A stretch of DNA of 64,000 nucleotides from Azolla caroliniana (lineage: Eukaryota > Plantae > Polypodiophyta), in the NCBI GenBank assembly GCA_043228905.1, contig JBHGNT010000008.1, positions 8,804,001-8,868,000 of the forward strand, read 5' to 3'. Position numbers and translations under genes: made by a program. Shown here piece after piece: positions 25,381 to 37,095 of this stretch. The notes under the pieces are model-generated. The model was not told the origin of the DNA. It made no database searches and saw nothing but the letters and a program-made list of their open reading frames with translations. How positions within the stretch are numbered: the stretch's first letter is position 1; each line of letters begins with the position of its first letter.

Positions 25381-25711
25381 ATGAGGAGGAAGTAGTTGGA
25401 ACGCGCCAAGAAGAGAGGAAGCTATATAAATTGTGAAGTGGCGAAAGCAGAGGGGGGGACAAATATACCTATTTTGAGTCAGAGTGACTAAGCCTAATCC
25501 TAGACTTGTATTGAGTGAGTGACCGATACTGATTATACTCGGTTCTGTACTATCCTTATATTATCTGTTAAGTAATCAAAATACCTATACTTTTTGGGTC
25601 AATCTCTATGCCTGGCTTGTTTCAAATCTATTTCTACTTGTGTTGTCTATTCTGTAAGTCGTGATTACGAATTAGTTGTAGCTGATTCTCAGAGTGTCCC
25701 TAGCAGTAGGG

Positions 25712-26768
25712 TGTAATGTTTCGGCCCCTACTTGGCCCTACCTTAGTCTCTTATGCAACCATGATTGCTTGACCCGATTACTCATGAGGAGTAATCGAAG
25801 GTGTTCTCCAGGAGGGAGCAACAAGTGTGGGCATATCTGACCAAAACTAAAGATCGAGTGTTCTCGATCTTACAAGAATGGCTTGCCATCTTCCTCCCAA
25901 GGGGTTTATGTTGTCCGCCGGAATAGTAACCGACAGACAAGAGCGTAGGAATAAGAAATAATATAAGATCATAACGCATGTAACGGTTCACGCAGGAAGC
26001 GTGAACGGCTAGATACACCATGCGTATATAAAGGACTGAAAACCTCTGATAGAGGTGCGTGTAATTTTGGGAATGTAAAGAAACGTCTCATAATAGAATT
26101 CTATCTTCTCTGATTTTCTGTGTATAGCTACGGCTAATCCACTGTGTGTCTTGAATACCTGAGCGTGTAAGAACCTAAGTGTAACCCTTGCTAAGGATTC
26201 GGTTGTAGTCGTCTCCCTTATACGTTGATAGGTTACAGGGAACATTCCCCTACACATTACGCTTAGACGCCTATTCGTTGTTCCACACCCACTTGGAGGT
26301 CTAGGTCGAAGGATTGACCACGGACCGTGTTCCTAATCGGCAACAGTTTACGCATGAGGGAGAGAGAGAGAAGGAGAGAGAAACAGAGAATGACACAAAT
26401 TGGAGGGAGAATTCTTCTATTGCTTTCATACCCCATGGATAGAGCTTATATAGTACAAGAGGTAATCGTTACAAATAAGGAATGGAACCAGTAGGGAGTT
26501 ACACTTCTTACCTACTCTCTCATCTTTGTACACATGCACACAAATGTGCATGTATTCATACACTTACTCATCCTCACACACTCATATACATAACACATAC
26601 ACAACAACCACTTTATCGTGTTTTACCCTTATACCGCCCCGTACAACTCCTATGGGTAACACATGGCATGCTTATGGGACATTGCATTGCACGGTTGAAC
26701 CCACTTGCCATTGCAAACTCTCGTCAACCGGAACTCCATCAGTCTTCTCGTTGGTCGGAAATCCCTTG
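25712..26768 (-). mobile_element. Old LTR remnant of the extra-ORF gypsy group (LTR ~25712-26661, interrupted by a solo LTR)
   Basis: Ends ...TAACA at 26661, followed by CA TGGCATGCTTATGGGAC ATTGCATTGCAC, resembling 13324-13354 and 54253-54276. Minus-strand TATATAAG near 26445. Left boundary uncertain. Confidence 0.6.
25909..26345 (+). repeat. Solo LTR of the 53829-63496 gypsy family, opposite orientation
   Basis: Reverse complement of 63058-63496; TSD GTTTA at 25904-25908 and 26346-26350. Confidence 0.93.
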
Positions 26769-26769
26769 A

Positions 26770-27055
26770 GCAGAACATGCGGACAGAGGAAGAAGAGGCC
26801 TGGAGTAAAATTGGTCGAAAATGACATGCGGACAGAGGAAACATGGCAATAGAGTTGCCAGCCTTAACTACGGCCCTGGTCGAAGTACACCAGGAATTGG
26901 CCCAGGTGCACCTTAGAGCAAAGTACATGGCGTACAAGAACAAGCAGGCATGAAAAACTGAGAAGACGACGAAGCGGCAGCTACAAGAGATGCAGAACTC
27001 CATTGCCAAATTCGAACTAGAACTGCAAGAAACCCAAGCGGCCACCACCACAGAG
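26770..27055 (+). pseudogene. Fragment of the accessory coiled-coil ORF
   Basis: MAIELPALTTALVEVHQELAQV...KQA*KT..QLQEMQ resembles MEIPPLNMALVEVHRELAKV...VWKK from 56281-56400 (minus strand). Confidence 0.65.
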
Positions 27056-28570
27056 GGGCCCTTGTAAAGAATCGGGTATGATTCTTGTGTAGCAGAAGAG
27101 ATGTGTGTTATGTGTATGTGTGAGAGGAATTAGAGGAGATAAGAGAGAACACAAGATAGATAAACTAGAGAAATGAAATACTCAAGAAGAAGAAGATGCA
27201 TATTCACAAGTAGAATAGCAAATACAAAATGTAGCATTACAAGGAGTCACAACCGACTTAATATGAAGTATGAGGAGGGTGCTTTATATAGATTCACCCT
27301 CTCTCTTCATTAACTAACTACAACAACCACTCTCTCTCTCTTGGGGAATGTGAAGACTCATAGTCATAGGGAATATGTAACTCATTAGTTGTGTCATAGA
27401 ATATGATTCTATTACATATAGTTAATGTGTAGAGAGTAGTGGTGTGACTCTTGACCTTTGAGTAATCATAGATTCTCAAGAGGTGTGTTCACACATTGTA
27501 CTATGTTGAGCTTGATTCTCAACACGCCCCCTCAAGCTCAACTCGGGTCGGTTCCTCGGATGGTATCCGGTTCTCGCTTGTACTCCCCCTCAAGCTTGGC
27601 AAGTAAGGGATCGTCAATCCAAGGTCTGACATGAATTGTCGAAGCTTGTCAGCTCCTAAGGCTTTGGTGAAAATGTCGGTCGTATGAAGATTCGTGTTGA
27701 TGTGTTGAAGGTTGACATCTCCGTCCTATACGCACTCTCGAATGAAGTGATAGTGCACTTCGATATGCTTTGTGCATGCGTAACACCGGGTTCCGAGCCA
27801 GATATATACTACTCATGTTGTCGCAGTAAATGGGAGTCAGATCCTTGATGGGAACGCCCAAATCCTTCAAAATCCTCCTGAGCCATATGGCTTCACATGC
27901 AGCTATGGTTGCGCCTCTGTATTCGGCCTCCGTACTCGAAAGAGCTACAGTTGGTTGCTTCTTGCTACTCCATGAAATTGCTCCGCTGCCAAGGGAGAAG
28001 ACAAAACTAGAGGTTGATCGTCGATCGGCTTTGTAGCCGGCCCAGTCGGCATCCGTGTACCCTTCCTGTTGGGGACAAGGCCGTCAATGCGGAAGTGCAA
28101 GAAACATTCGTGATGAAGAAGAACCTGTGTATGCACGAGCAAGATAGACACAGAGGGGGAGAGAGAGAGAGAGAGAGGCACAAAGGAAATGTTATATTCT
28201 AATAACAACAGTTACAAATGACAACCAACCTTTACTAAAGGTTACAATGTCACTTTATATAGTGACTATCCTAGGGCAACTGTCCTTTATGCTATTTACA
28301 GAAATAGCCCGAACTTGGGCTGTCCAAAGGGACAGTGTGAATACGGCCATTATACACTCGTATTCGACACTCCCCCGTAATGGGCGTATACATGGGTTAT
28401 CTAGAGAATTACATGTATATATATACAAGGTTTATCGGACAGATCGGTTTCGTCAGAGTCGGCAAGATCCGAAGACAAAGGACCGAACCGGTCAGGTCGG
28501 AAGAGCTGAAGCCAATCCTTAGAGAACCGATGTCGGTGGTCCGAAACCATCCTGTGCTATGTGTCCAACT

Positions 28571-31495
28571 TTAATCGGACCGATTTTTCGTTACACCCAT
28601 CTGGTGCCGAAGGGACCGGAAACGATCCGCCGAAAGACATTTGGTCATTCCATCTACAACATTATCGGTTGTGGAAATCTTCTTGAGACCGATTTTCCCT
28701 GAAATGACGCAGTCTCGAACAAAGTGATATCGAACGTCGATATGCTTAGAGGCATTGTGGTGAACCGGATTTTTTGACAAAGCAACAGCACCCTGACTGT
28801 CGCTATAGACAACTAGAGCTGAGTCGGAGTCGACCTGTCGAAACATGTGTGCCAGCCGACCGAGCCATAAGGCTTCTTTTGCCGTGTCGGATGCAGCTAC
28901 ATATTCCGCTTCGGTCGTTGAGGTGGCTGTGCACTCTTGAAGTTTTGACTTCCATGAGATTGCTCCATTGCCGAATTTGAAACAGTATCCGGTTGTTGAT
29001 TTCCGACTGTCCACACAGCCGGCAAAGTTCGAGTCGGTGTAACCAACTACGCCTGAGGTTGAGTTCGGACCAAAGAGAATGTCATGGTCTTTTGTGCCAC
29101 CTTGATATCTGAACACATGCTTGACTGCGTTCCAGTGCGATCGGCCGGGGTTGTGCATGAATCTGTTGACGACTCCTACGGCGTGAGAAATATCAGGTCG
29201 TGTCGCGACCATCGCGTACATAAGGGAGCCGACTGCCGGTGCATACGGTACTGACTTCATATCTTCCCCCTCCGGACTGAATGTCGGGCAGTCTCGCTGA
29301 GATAGCCGAAGGTTGATGGGGAGCGGGGTTGAAGCAGACTTGGCCGAGTGCATGTTGAAGTGTTCCAAGACACGTCCAATGTAGTCGGTTTGAGACAACA
29401 AAAGTTGTCGTGTATCGCGATGCCAACTAATCTTCATACCGAGTATGTGTCTTGCCGGACCGAGGTCCTTCATGGCAAACTTCAACCGTAGTTTCCGAAC
29501 GAGTTCAGTGAGCTCTCCGGCATGCCGACTGGAGAGTAGCATGTCATCTACGTAGATGATGAGGAAGATGGGAGACCCGTCTTGAGTTGTTTTGGTGAAG
29601 AGACAGTGGTCCTCATCGCTCTTTGAGAAGCCGACCGATTGGATGAAGTCGTCGAACTTCTGGTACCACTGTCGGGGTGCCTGTTTCAGGCCGTAGAGAG
29701 TCTTCTTGAGTCGGTAGACTAGATGTTCCTGGCCGGATGCCACAAAGCCTTTCGGCTGCTCCATATAGATTTCCTCCTGTAGGTCACCGTGGAGAAATGT
29801 CGTTTTTACATCTAGTTGAATTAGCTCCAAGTTGTCAGCGGCCACGACGCCGAGCATAAAACGAAGGGTCGTCATTTTCACCACTGGTGAAAACATTTCG
29901 TCGAAGTCAACGCCATATTCTTGTCGAAATCCCTTCGCAACTAATCTGGCCTTGTACTTTGGGGTGGTTGAGTCAGACGTCTCTTTTAGTCGATAGACCC
30001 ACTTACACGGAAGAGCACATCGATTCTTCGGTAATTCGACCAAGTCCCAAGTCTTATTTGCCCGAATGGAGTGCATTTCCAACTCCATCGCCATATGCCA
30101 TGTGGCTGAATCGGCAGATGCCGATGCTCCTTCGTAAGACATCGGTTCTCCGGCACCGGTAAAGAAAATTCCGGGAGAGTACCTCTCCAGAGGTTGCGAC
30201 AATCTCTCGGATCTGCGAGGTATGACTAGACTAGTTGCACCGGGTGTCGATGTCGGATGGTCGAGAGCCGAGCCATTCGGCTTTGCCGAATCGGTGGATT
30301 CGGTGCAAGAGTTGTCAGTTACCCATGACACCGATATCGTGTTGTGGGTTGGGCCATCATGAAGGGTTGGCACTTTGGAAAATATTACCCGTTGGACTTC
30401 AATAGGCCTTTCGGCCGTTTTATGTATAGTTGACTCGTTGAACACGACGTTCGAACTTCGAATGATTTGTCTGTGCTCGGGGTCCCAGAGTCGGTATTCG
30501 ATCTCGCCGTCGGGTCCATATCCAAGAAAAACACATTTCCTTGACCTTGGTTCGAGTTTCCGGCGGTCGTCTTTCGATACGAGAGCATACGCCTCACAAC
30601 CGAAGATCCTCAGTTTGTCATAATTCGGTTTACTGCCGGTCCATATTTCCTGAGGTATTTGAAGTCCTAGAGGTCTACTTGGCGACATATTGATTATGTG
30701 TACTGCCGTAAGTAGAGCATCCGCCTAGAAGCCATCCAATAGTCCGAAGTGTTGGAGCATGGATACTACGCGTTCTTGAATCGTCTGATTCATGCGTTCA
30801 GCAATTCCGTTCTGCTCCGGACTATAGGGTGTCGTATATTCACGTCGAATGCCGCGTTCTCGGCAGAATTTGACAAATCCTTCAGACTTGAATTCTCCTC
30901 CATTGTTGGTTCGGAGACATTCTAGTTTCCGAACGGTCTGATTTTCGACCATTGCAAGCCATTCGGAGAAGATCGAGAACACCCGATCTTTGGTTCTGAT
31001 AGGGTAAGCCCACACCTTCCGAGTCGAGTCGTCAATAAAACTGACGAAGTACGAAGCACCGCTGAGAGACTGATGTGACATCGGGCCACAGACGTCCAAG
31101 TGGACCAAATCGAGTGGGCTCGATTCTCTTGGTGCTGATGTCGGGTGTGATGCGGCTACTTGTTTGCCATACTGGCAATGCTCGCAGAATTGGTGATCCG
31201 AGAAGGAGAGTTTGGGGATGTAACTGGCTCTGGATAGGTGCGTTATGCCAGCCTTGCTGAGGTGTCCAAGTCGTCCGTGCCATAACGATGACATGGGGAT
31301 ATCAACCAAAGATAAGTCACCCTCTTTGAGTGTGACATATAAAGGATACAGGGAATGTACCTTTGGTCCTCGAGCAAGCAGGAGGTTCCCTTTGTGGAGT
31401 GTCCACCCTCCTGATGAGAATCTAGCATGGATGCCGGCTTCGTCAAGTTGTCTGACTAAGATCAAGGGTCTTGAGAGCTCAGGAACGTGTCGCAC
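28571..31495 (-). pseudogene. Copia pol (integrase-RT-RNase H) with in-frame stop at 30725
   Basis: LWHGRLGH, SPEQNGIAERMN, YKARLVAKGF, YVDDML, KHIDVRYHFVR motifs. Confidence 0.92.
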
Positions 31496-31634
31496 ATTGT
31501 GTGTCAGGAACTCTATTAAGGCAGAGAAGGAATTAGTACTAAAAGAAGGATTAGTACTATTGTTGGGGAATAGTACTAAGACAGAGAAGGATTAGTACTA
31601 TGAGAGGTGTCGAACTTTGAGAGGAGGAATGAGT

Positions 31635-31674
<40 letters not shown>

Positions 31675-31956
31675 TGATGCGAAAGATATATGTATTATAT
31701 GACGGAAGATATACAACAGTAGTTAGAAGGCTTAAGACTGGCGTTGAACCGATTTGGTTCGAACTAATGCCTTGCGCCTCCTTTTATAGTGTCTTCAGGA
31801 ATACTCCTGAAGTTTCTAGAATGTTCCAGAGAAATCTGGAATATACATCAATTTCCTAATAAAACCTAAATGAAAATAATATCCTTCAAATTACAACTCA
31901 TAACCTAATGGTAAAGTCTCGACCCGTGTAACAAAAGGTTATGGGTTCGAGTCTAG

Positions 31957-34900
31957 TTATGACACTATCCCCCCTTTAAAACGACGAGTTTCACGAGTCG
32001 TTTTGGATTGAGGACCCGGTTTCTCGGGATATCGTCGATGGAAGTCTTCTAGAAGAGCACGAGCATTGGTCACATTCTCGATCGGTTCCCAAGTACGCTC
32101 GCTGGGACTATATCCTAGCCAATCGACTAGATAGTAGAGCTTGTTGCGAACAATCTTGGAATCGAGGATGGCAGCGACCTCATACTCAGGTCCATCTTCG
32201 AGCTCGATAGGAGGTGGAGGTTGTATAGTACATCCTGGGATAGTGCTCTCGTGATAGGGTTCGAGGAGAGAACTATGAAACACCGGGTGTATCCGAAGTT
32301 GCGGAGGTAGCTCGAGACGAAAAGCGACATCATTAATCTTCCCGATAATACGGAAAGGACCTAATCGTCGATAATCCAACTTCTCACATGGGCGAGTAGT
32401 CTTGATGTGTCGTCGTAGCAGCCACACCCGATCTCCAATGTTAAAACTGGATGGAAGTCGATGACGATCTGCGTAGTCCTTGTGTGATTGTTGAGCTTGC
32501 TGGAGTTGAGTAGATAAATCCGCTTGTATCTTGCGTAACCGCTCCAAACGATCCTCCGCGCAAGGATTTGTGGACACTTCTGGGGTTTCAAGGACACACC
32601 ACCGGGGATGATATCCCGTATAAGCGTAGAATGGCGTGACTTTAGTCGATGCGTGGATAGCGTTATTATAGGCAAATTCGGCGAACGGAAGAATATCTGC
32701 CCAGTCATTCTGATGATAGTTGAGAAAGCACCGCAGATACTGCTCCAGTGTTTGATTTGTTCGTTCGGCTTGACCGTCGGTTTGTGGGTGGTAGCCGGAG
32801 GAGAGGTTACAAGTGACCTTCAACATTTTAAAAAGGTGCTTCCAGAATTTTGACACAAACTGGGGTCCACGATCGCTGATGATATTATCAGGGAGTCCAT
32901 GATGCCGACATACTTCCCGCATGACAATTTCGGCGGTGTCTTCACTAGATATTTCTTTAGTACATGGTAAGAAATGAGCCATCTTCGTATATCGATCCAC
33001 CACTGTGAGAATCGCACTGAATCCCTTAGAGACTGGAAGATCTGTAATGAAGTCAAGAGCAATGGATTGCCATGGCTTGCTTGGAATTGGTAATGGTTCT
33101 AATAAACCATATGGATGATGTCTTGGCATTTTCGCTCTGCAGCATGTATCGCAAGTCCGAACAAAATCTTCGACAAATTGTCGCATACGGGGCCACCAGA
33201 ATGATCGTTGTACTAAATCTAATGTTTTAGTACTACCAAAATGTCCTGCTGTATATGTGTCATGGCAGTTTTGTACTACTCGAAGGCGGCAAGAACCATT
33301 AGGAACATACAAAAGTTCTTTAAAGAAGAGTAATCCATCACAGTATTTGAATTGCCGATAATCCGTACCTGGTGATTGTGATTGTGAACATGACGCTCGA
33401 GAGGGGTCAATTTGTGCTAGTATAGCTTGGGCGAAAGCGTCAGTCTTCAAGTCCTCACGTATAGTATTGGTAATGTCGGAATCCACGGGCATGTCAAAGA
33501 TCTGTGCTGCTTGTAGTCGTGCTGGACCCAAGATTACTTGCTTCTGGTTATCGAAAGCTGGCTCACCGGGACGTGGTGTTAGATACGAACGCCGTGATAA
33601 TGCATCTGCCTTCCCTTGGTGCTTCCCCGGACGATATGTAATTTTGAAGTCGAAGCGTGTGAGGAAATGGGCCCACCGAGCTTGACGTCGATTCAGTACA
33701 CGAGCATCTTGAAAGTAGGCAAGGTTCTTGTGGTCACTGAATACAGTGACCTGATGAGGAGATCCCTCCAGGAAATGCCTCCATTGCATAAAAGAATCAA
33801 CTATTGCTAATAGCTCTTTATCATGAATTTCGTAGTTGATTTCGGCGGCGTCAAACTTACGGGAGTGGAAAGCCACAGGATGTAGCTTCTCGTCGTTACC
33901 CTGTTGTGACAGAATGCTCCCCAATGCGAAATCCGATGCATCAGCTTCGATAATGAATGGTTTTTCCGGATCCACATGACCTAGAATTGGAGCTGATGTA
34001 AACGCCTTCTTAAGACTCTCGAAAGCCATGTCCGTCTCTTTAGACCAAATGAATGATTGTCCCTTCCTGGTGAGCTGTGTGAGAGGCAGTACAATTTTTG
34101 AGTAATTTTGTATGAACTTCCGGTAGAAATTTGCAAAGCCTAGGAAGCATTGCACATCCCGCACCGAACGCGGAGTGTGCCATTCTATCACCGTTTTGAC
34201 CTTGGCTGGGTCCATAGATATGCCTTCTGAGGAGATGACATAGCCGAGAAACTCCACTTGGTTGCACCCGAAACTACATTTCTCTAACTTTGCATACAGA
34301 CCATGTTCTTGAAGTCGTTTTAGTACTAATAGTACATGAGAATCATGTTCTTCTTGGGTCTTTGAATAAACCAGTAGATCATCCAAATAGATGATCAAAA
34401 AATCATCCAAGAGGTCTCGAAATATATCATTTGCCATGTGCTGGAAGACTGCCGGCGCATTAGTGAGTCCGAACGGCATGACCGTATACTCGAAGTGCCC
34501 ATATCTGGTGCGAAACGCGGTCTTCCATTCATCTCCTGGTCGGATCCGTACGAGGTTATAGGCTCCTCGTAAGTCGATCTTCGTGAAGAACCTGGCACCG
34601 TTGATCCGTTCTAAAAGACTTGAGATAAGGGGAAGAGCATACCTATTTCTTACTGTGACCTTATTCAAGCCACGGTAATCTACAACGAGTCGAAGCGAGC
34701 CATCTTTTTTCTTGACGAAGAAAATGGGTGCGCCGGCTGGAGATTTCGAATGCCGAATGAAACCGTTCTCCAAATTCTCCTCTATATAGGCTCGAAGGAC
34801 TTCTAGCTCGGTTGGTGACAAATTGTAGATCGGCCCCCATGGCGGCTCTTTTCCCGGTTGTAAGTCGATGGCGCAGTCGTACGGCCGATGATGAGGAAGT

Positions 34901-35553
34901 GTGTTGGCTTGTACTTTATCGAACACATCAGCATACTGACGATACTTCTCGGGAAGTTGAACGGTGGACTCCTCTTTGGTGGTGCTGGAGGGTTGTACTG
35001 ATATTGCAAAGAGAAACATTTCCTCCTTGCGCCCTTCCTCACGCAACTGACGTAGCGAAATGGTTGCAACCTTCTGGGTAGATCCTTGGGTTTGTCGCAA
35101 CCGGATTTCCCTTGTCCTCCAATCTATGTCTGGGTCATGTAACTCGAACCATGGTAATCCTAAAACTATGGGATGTTCTGGAATACTAATAATATTAAAT
35201 GATACTACACATGTTAAGTTATCTAGGACAATATTAACGGGTTCCGACTCTTCTATGATATTACCAGAAGCAATGGGACGACCATCAATGACTACTACTG
35301 AGGCTGGACATGGGAGCTTTCTGAGAGATATCTGATGAGCTCGGGCAAAATTCCTATCCATGAAGCAAGAATTAGCTCCGGAATCTAGAAGGGCTAAGGT
35401 ATGTACTGGAGGGGTACTTTTAGTACTAACTGCTACTTGGACTACGAACACATCACTAACTTGCTTAGAGGGAATGGAACCACTAATGGGCTGCACAGAT
35501 CTAGGGCTGTCCAACCAAACGGCTCCTATTTTGGCTGGACTTAGTCGTTTAAC
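31957..35553 (-). CDS. pol: Chromovirus Pol (PR-RT-RH-INT-chromodomain), expressed by predicted -1 frameshift
   Basis: LLDSGA, YLDDLL, EADASDFA, HPQTDGQAERTN, GPF motif, chromodomain EYEVAAILD...YLVDWLGY..SERTWEP. The frame is open back to the slippery site at 35547-35553. Confidence 0.95.
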   Translation of the reverse strand, partial: VKRLSPAKIGAVWLDSPRSVQPISGSIPSKQVSDVFVVQVAVSTKSTPPVHTLALLDSGANSCFMDRNFARAHQISLRKLPCPASVVVIDGRPIASGNIIEESEPVNIVLDNLTCVVSFNIISIPEHPIVLGLPWFELHDPDIDWRTREIRLRQTQGSTQKVATISLRQLREEGRKEEMFLFAISVQPSSTTKEESTVQLPEKYRQYADVFDKVQANTLPHHRPYDCAIDLQPGKEPPWGPIYNLSPTELEVLRAYIEENLENGFIRHSKSPAGAPIFFVKKKDGSLRLVVDYRGLNKVTVRNRYALPLISSLLERINGARFFTKIDLRGAYNLVRIRPGDEWKTAFRTRYGHFEYTVMPFGLTNAPAVFQHMANDIFRDLLDDFLIIYLDDLLVYSKTQEEHDSHVLLVLKRLQEHGLYAKLEKCSFGCNQVEFLGYVISSEGISMDPAKVKTVIEWHTPRSVRDVQCFLGFANFYRKFIQNYSKIVLPLTQLTRKGQSFIWSKETDMAFESLKKAFTSAPILGHVDPEKPFIIEADASDFALGSILSQQGNDEKLHPVAFHSRKFDAAEINYEIHDKELLAIVDSFMQWRHFLEGSPHQVTVFSDHKNLAYFQDARVLNRRQARWAHFLTRFDFKITYRPGKHQGKADALSRRSYLTPRPGEPAFDNQKQVILGPARLQAAQIFDMPVDSDITNTIREDLKTDAFAQAILAQIDPSRASCSQSQSPGTDYRQFKYCDGLLFFKELLYVPNGSCRLRVVQNCHDTYTAGHFGSTKTLDLVQRSFWWPRMRQFVEDFVRTCDTCCRAKMPRHHPYGLLEPLPIPSKPWQSIALDFITDLPVSKGFSAILTVVDRYTKMAHFLPCTKEISSEDTAEIVMREVCRHHGLPDNIISDRGPQFVSKFWKHLFKMLKVTCNLSSGYHPQTDGQAERTNQTLEQYLRCFLNYHQNDWADILPFAEFAYNNAIHASTKVTPFYAYTGYHPRWCVLETPEVSTNPCAEDRLERLRKIQADLSTQLQQAQQSHKDYADRHRLPSSFNIGDRVWLLRRHIKTTRPCEKLDYRRLGPFRIIGKINDVAFRLELPPQLRIHPVFHSSLLEPYHESTIPGCTIQPPPPIELEDGPEYEVAAILDSKIVRNKLYYLVDWLGYSPSERTWEPIENVTNARALLEDFHRRYPEKPGPQSKTTRETRRFKGGIVS

Positions 35554-36710
35554 TCTTCTTCTAATTGGCTAAGGACATCAAATTTGTTTGCGAGATTCGG
35601 ACTATTAGTACTATTAGGACTATTATGACTATGAGGATTATCAGAGATTCCTACTGACATAGACTCGGGTTTAGTATAGTCAGAACTAACAATGACTTGG
35701 TTTACCTGCCTTCTTGGTCTATGGGGACAGTTTATCGCGATATGCCCTGGTCCACCGCAATAAAGGCATAACCGGTTTGTTCGGCGTCGTTGCTTTTCCT
35801 CCTCCGATAGCGGCCCACGACGACGTGTAGTGTCAATTTCCATTGGAGTTGGAGTACTTACTGGAGGCGCATTATGTGACTCCCTTTGAAAAGGTTTCGC
35901 TACCATTGAGGCATAGGTAGGCTCGGATCTTGCCCTCGGCATCTGAAATTGTCGTTCCGAACGTCGCTCGAAGAGGCGGTTGTCACATCTGACCGCTCGA
36001 CTGATTGCTTCTGTTAATGATTTTGGCTCTTCAGGGAAAGTCAAGAGTAAATCCTTGACATCGTTGCGTAGACCATAGCGGAACTGCTCCATCAATGCTT
36101 GATCATCCCAGGGGATATCGGCGGCGAGTAGGCGGAAATCTGCAGCATATGCGGAGGCTGGACGGTCACCTTGGCGTAATCGCCGGATTTTGTTGATTGC
36201 AGTCCTTATGCTGTCAGTATCTCCAAAACATGCTTTAAACTCACTTATGAATTCTTCAAAATTATTTAGTACTGGAGATTCCTTTTCTAGTAGCGGAGCG
36301 AACCATGCTAATGCTGAGCCATTTAACAACGTGCCTACTAAACCCACTCGTGATGCATCGGTGGGATATCGGGACGGATGCATTTGAATAACTAACCGTA
36401 CCTGGTTAAGAAACCCTCTAAACTGCGATCGCGTTCCATCGAACTTCGTGGGAAGGCCAATCTTGGGTTCTTTATGAATCCCTTGTGCTCCGTGCCCTTG
36501 TTGTTGCATTGCTACGATGGTTGCTTCGAGTTGTTGCACGCGTAACGCAAGTTCCCCATGCTGTTGTTGCGTTTGCTGCTTTTCTAAGGAAATTTGCTGA
36601 AGATCCCCCAACAAGCGTTGATTTTCTTGTTCCAAAGCATGAAACTTCTCTTTCAAGCATTGAAATTCCGAGAAAACGGATTGATACTCTTCAGCGCTAA
36701 CGGTGGCCAT
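35541..36710 (-). CDS. gag: Chromovirus Gag with CCHC zinc knuckle
   Basis: PTKFDGTRSQFRGF, LRQGDRPASAYAADF, PTPMEID, CLYCGGPGHIAINC. Confidence 0.95.
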   Translation of the reverse strand: MATVSAEEYQSVFSEFQCLKEKFHALEQENQRLLGDLQQISLEKQQTQQQHGELALRVQQLEATIVAMQQQGHGAQGIHKEPKIGLPTKFDGTRSQFRGFLNQVRLVIQMHPSRYPTDASRVGLVGTLLNGSALAWFAPLLEKESPVLNNFEEFISEFKACFGDTDSIRTAINKIRRLRQGDRPASAYAADFRLLAADIPWDDQALMEQFRYGLRNDVKDLLLTFPEEPKSLTEAISRAVRCDNRLFERRSERQFQMPRARSEPTYASMVAKPFQRESHNAPPVSTPTPMEIDTTRRRGPLSEEEKQRRRTNRLCLYCGGPGHIAINCPHRPRRQVNQVIVSSDYTKPESMSVGISDNPHSHNSPNSTNSPNLANKFDVLSQLEEELND

Positions 36711-36931
36711 GGGATGAAGGAAAAGGGAAATAAGAGACTAGTAGGAAAGGAGAGAGACAGAAGGAAGAGGGAGACTAGTAGGGGAAATCGGTTCAAACTG
36801 TCAGGAACTCTATTAAGGCAGAGAAGGAATTAGTACTAAAAGAAGGATTAGTACTATTGTTGGGGAATAGTACTAAGACAGAGAAGGATTAGTACTATGA
36901 GAGGTGTCGAACTTTGAGAGGAGGAATGAGT

Positions 36932-36977
<46 letters not shown>

Positions 36978-37095
36978 TGATGCGAAAGATATATGTATTA
37001 TATGACGGAAGATATACAACAGTAGTTAGAAGGCTTAAGACTGGCGTTGAACCGATTTGGTTCGAACTAATGCCTTGCGCCTCCTTTTATAGTGT

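Noticed and set aside
31671-31859. Identical 62-aa ORFs at 31671 and 36974
   Set aside because: Duplicated only because they lie in the two LTRs, antisense across the promoter.
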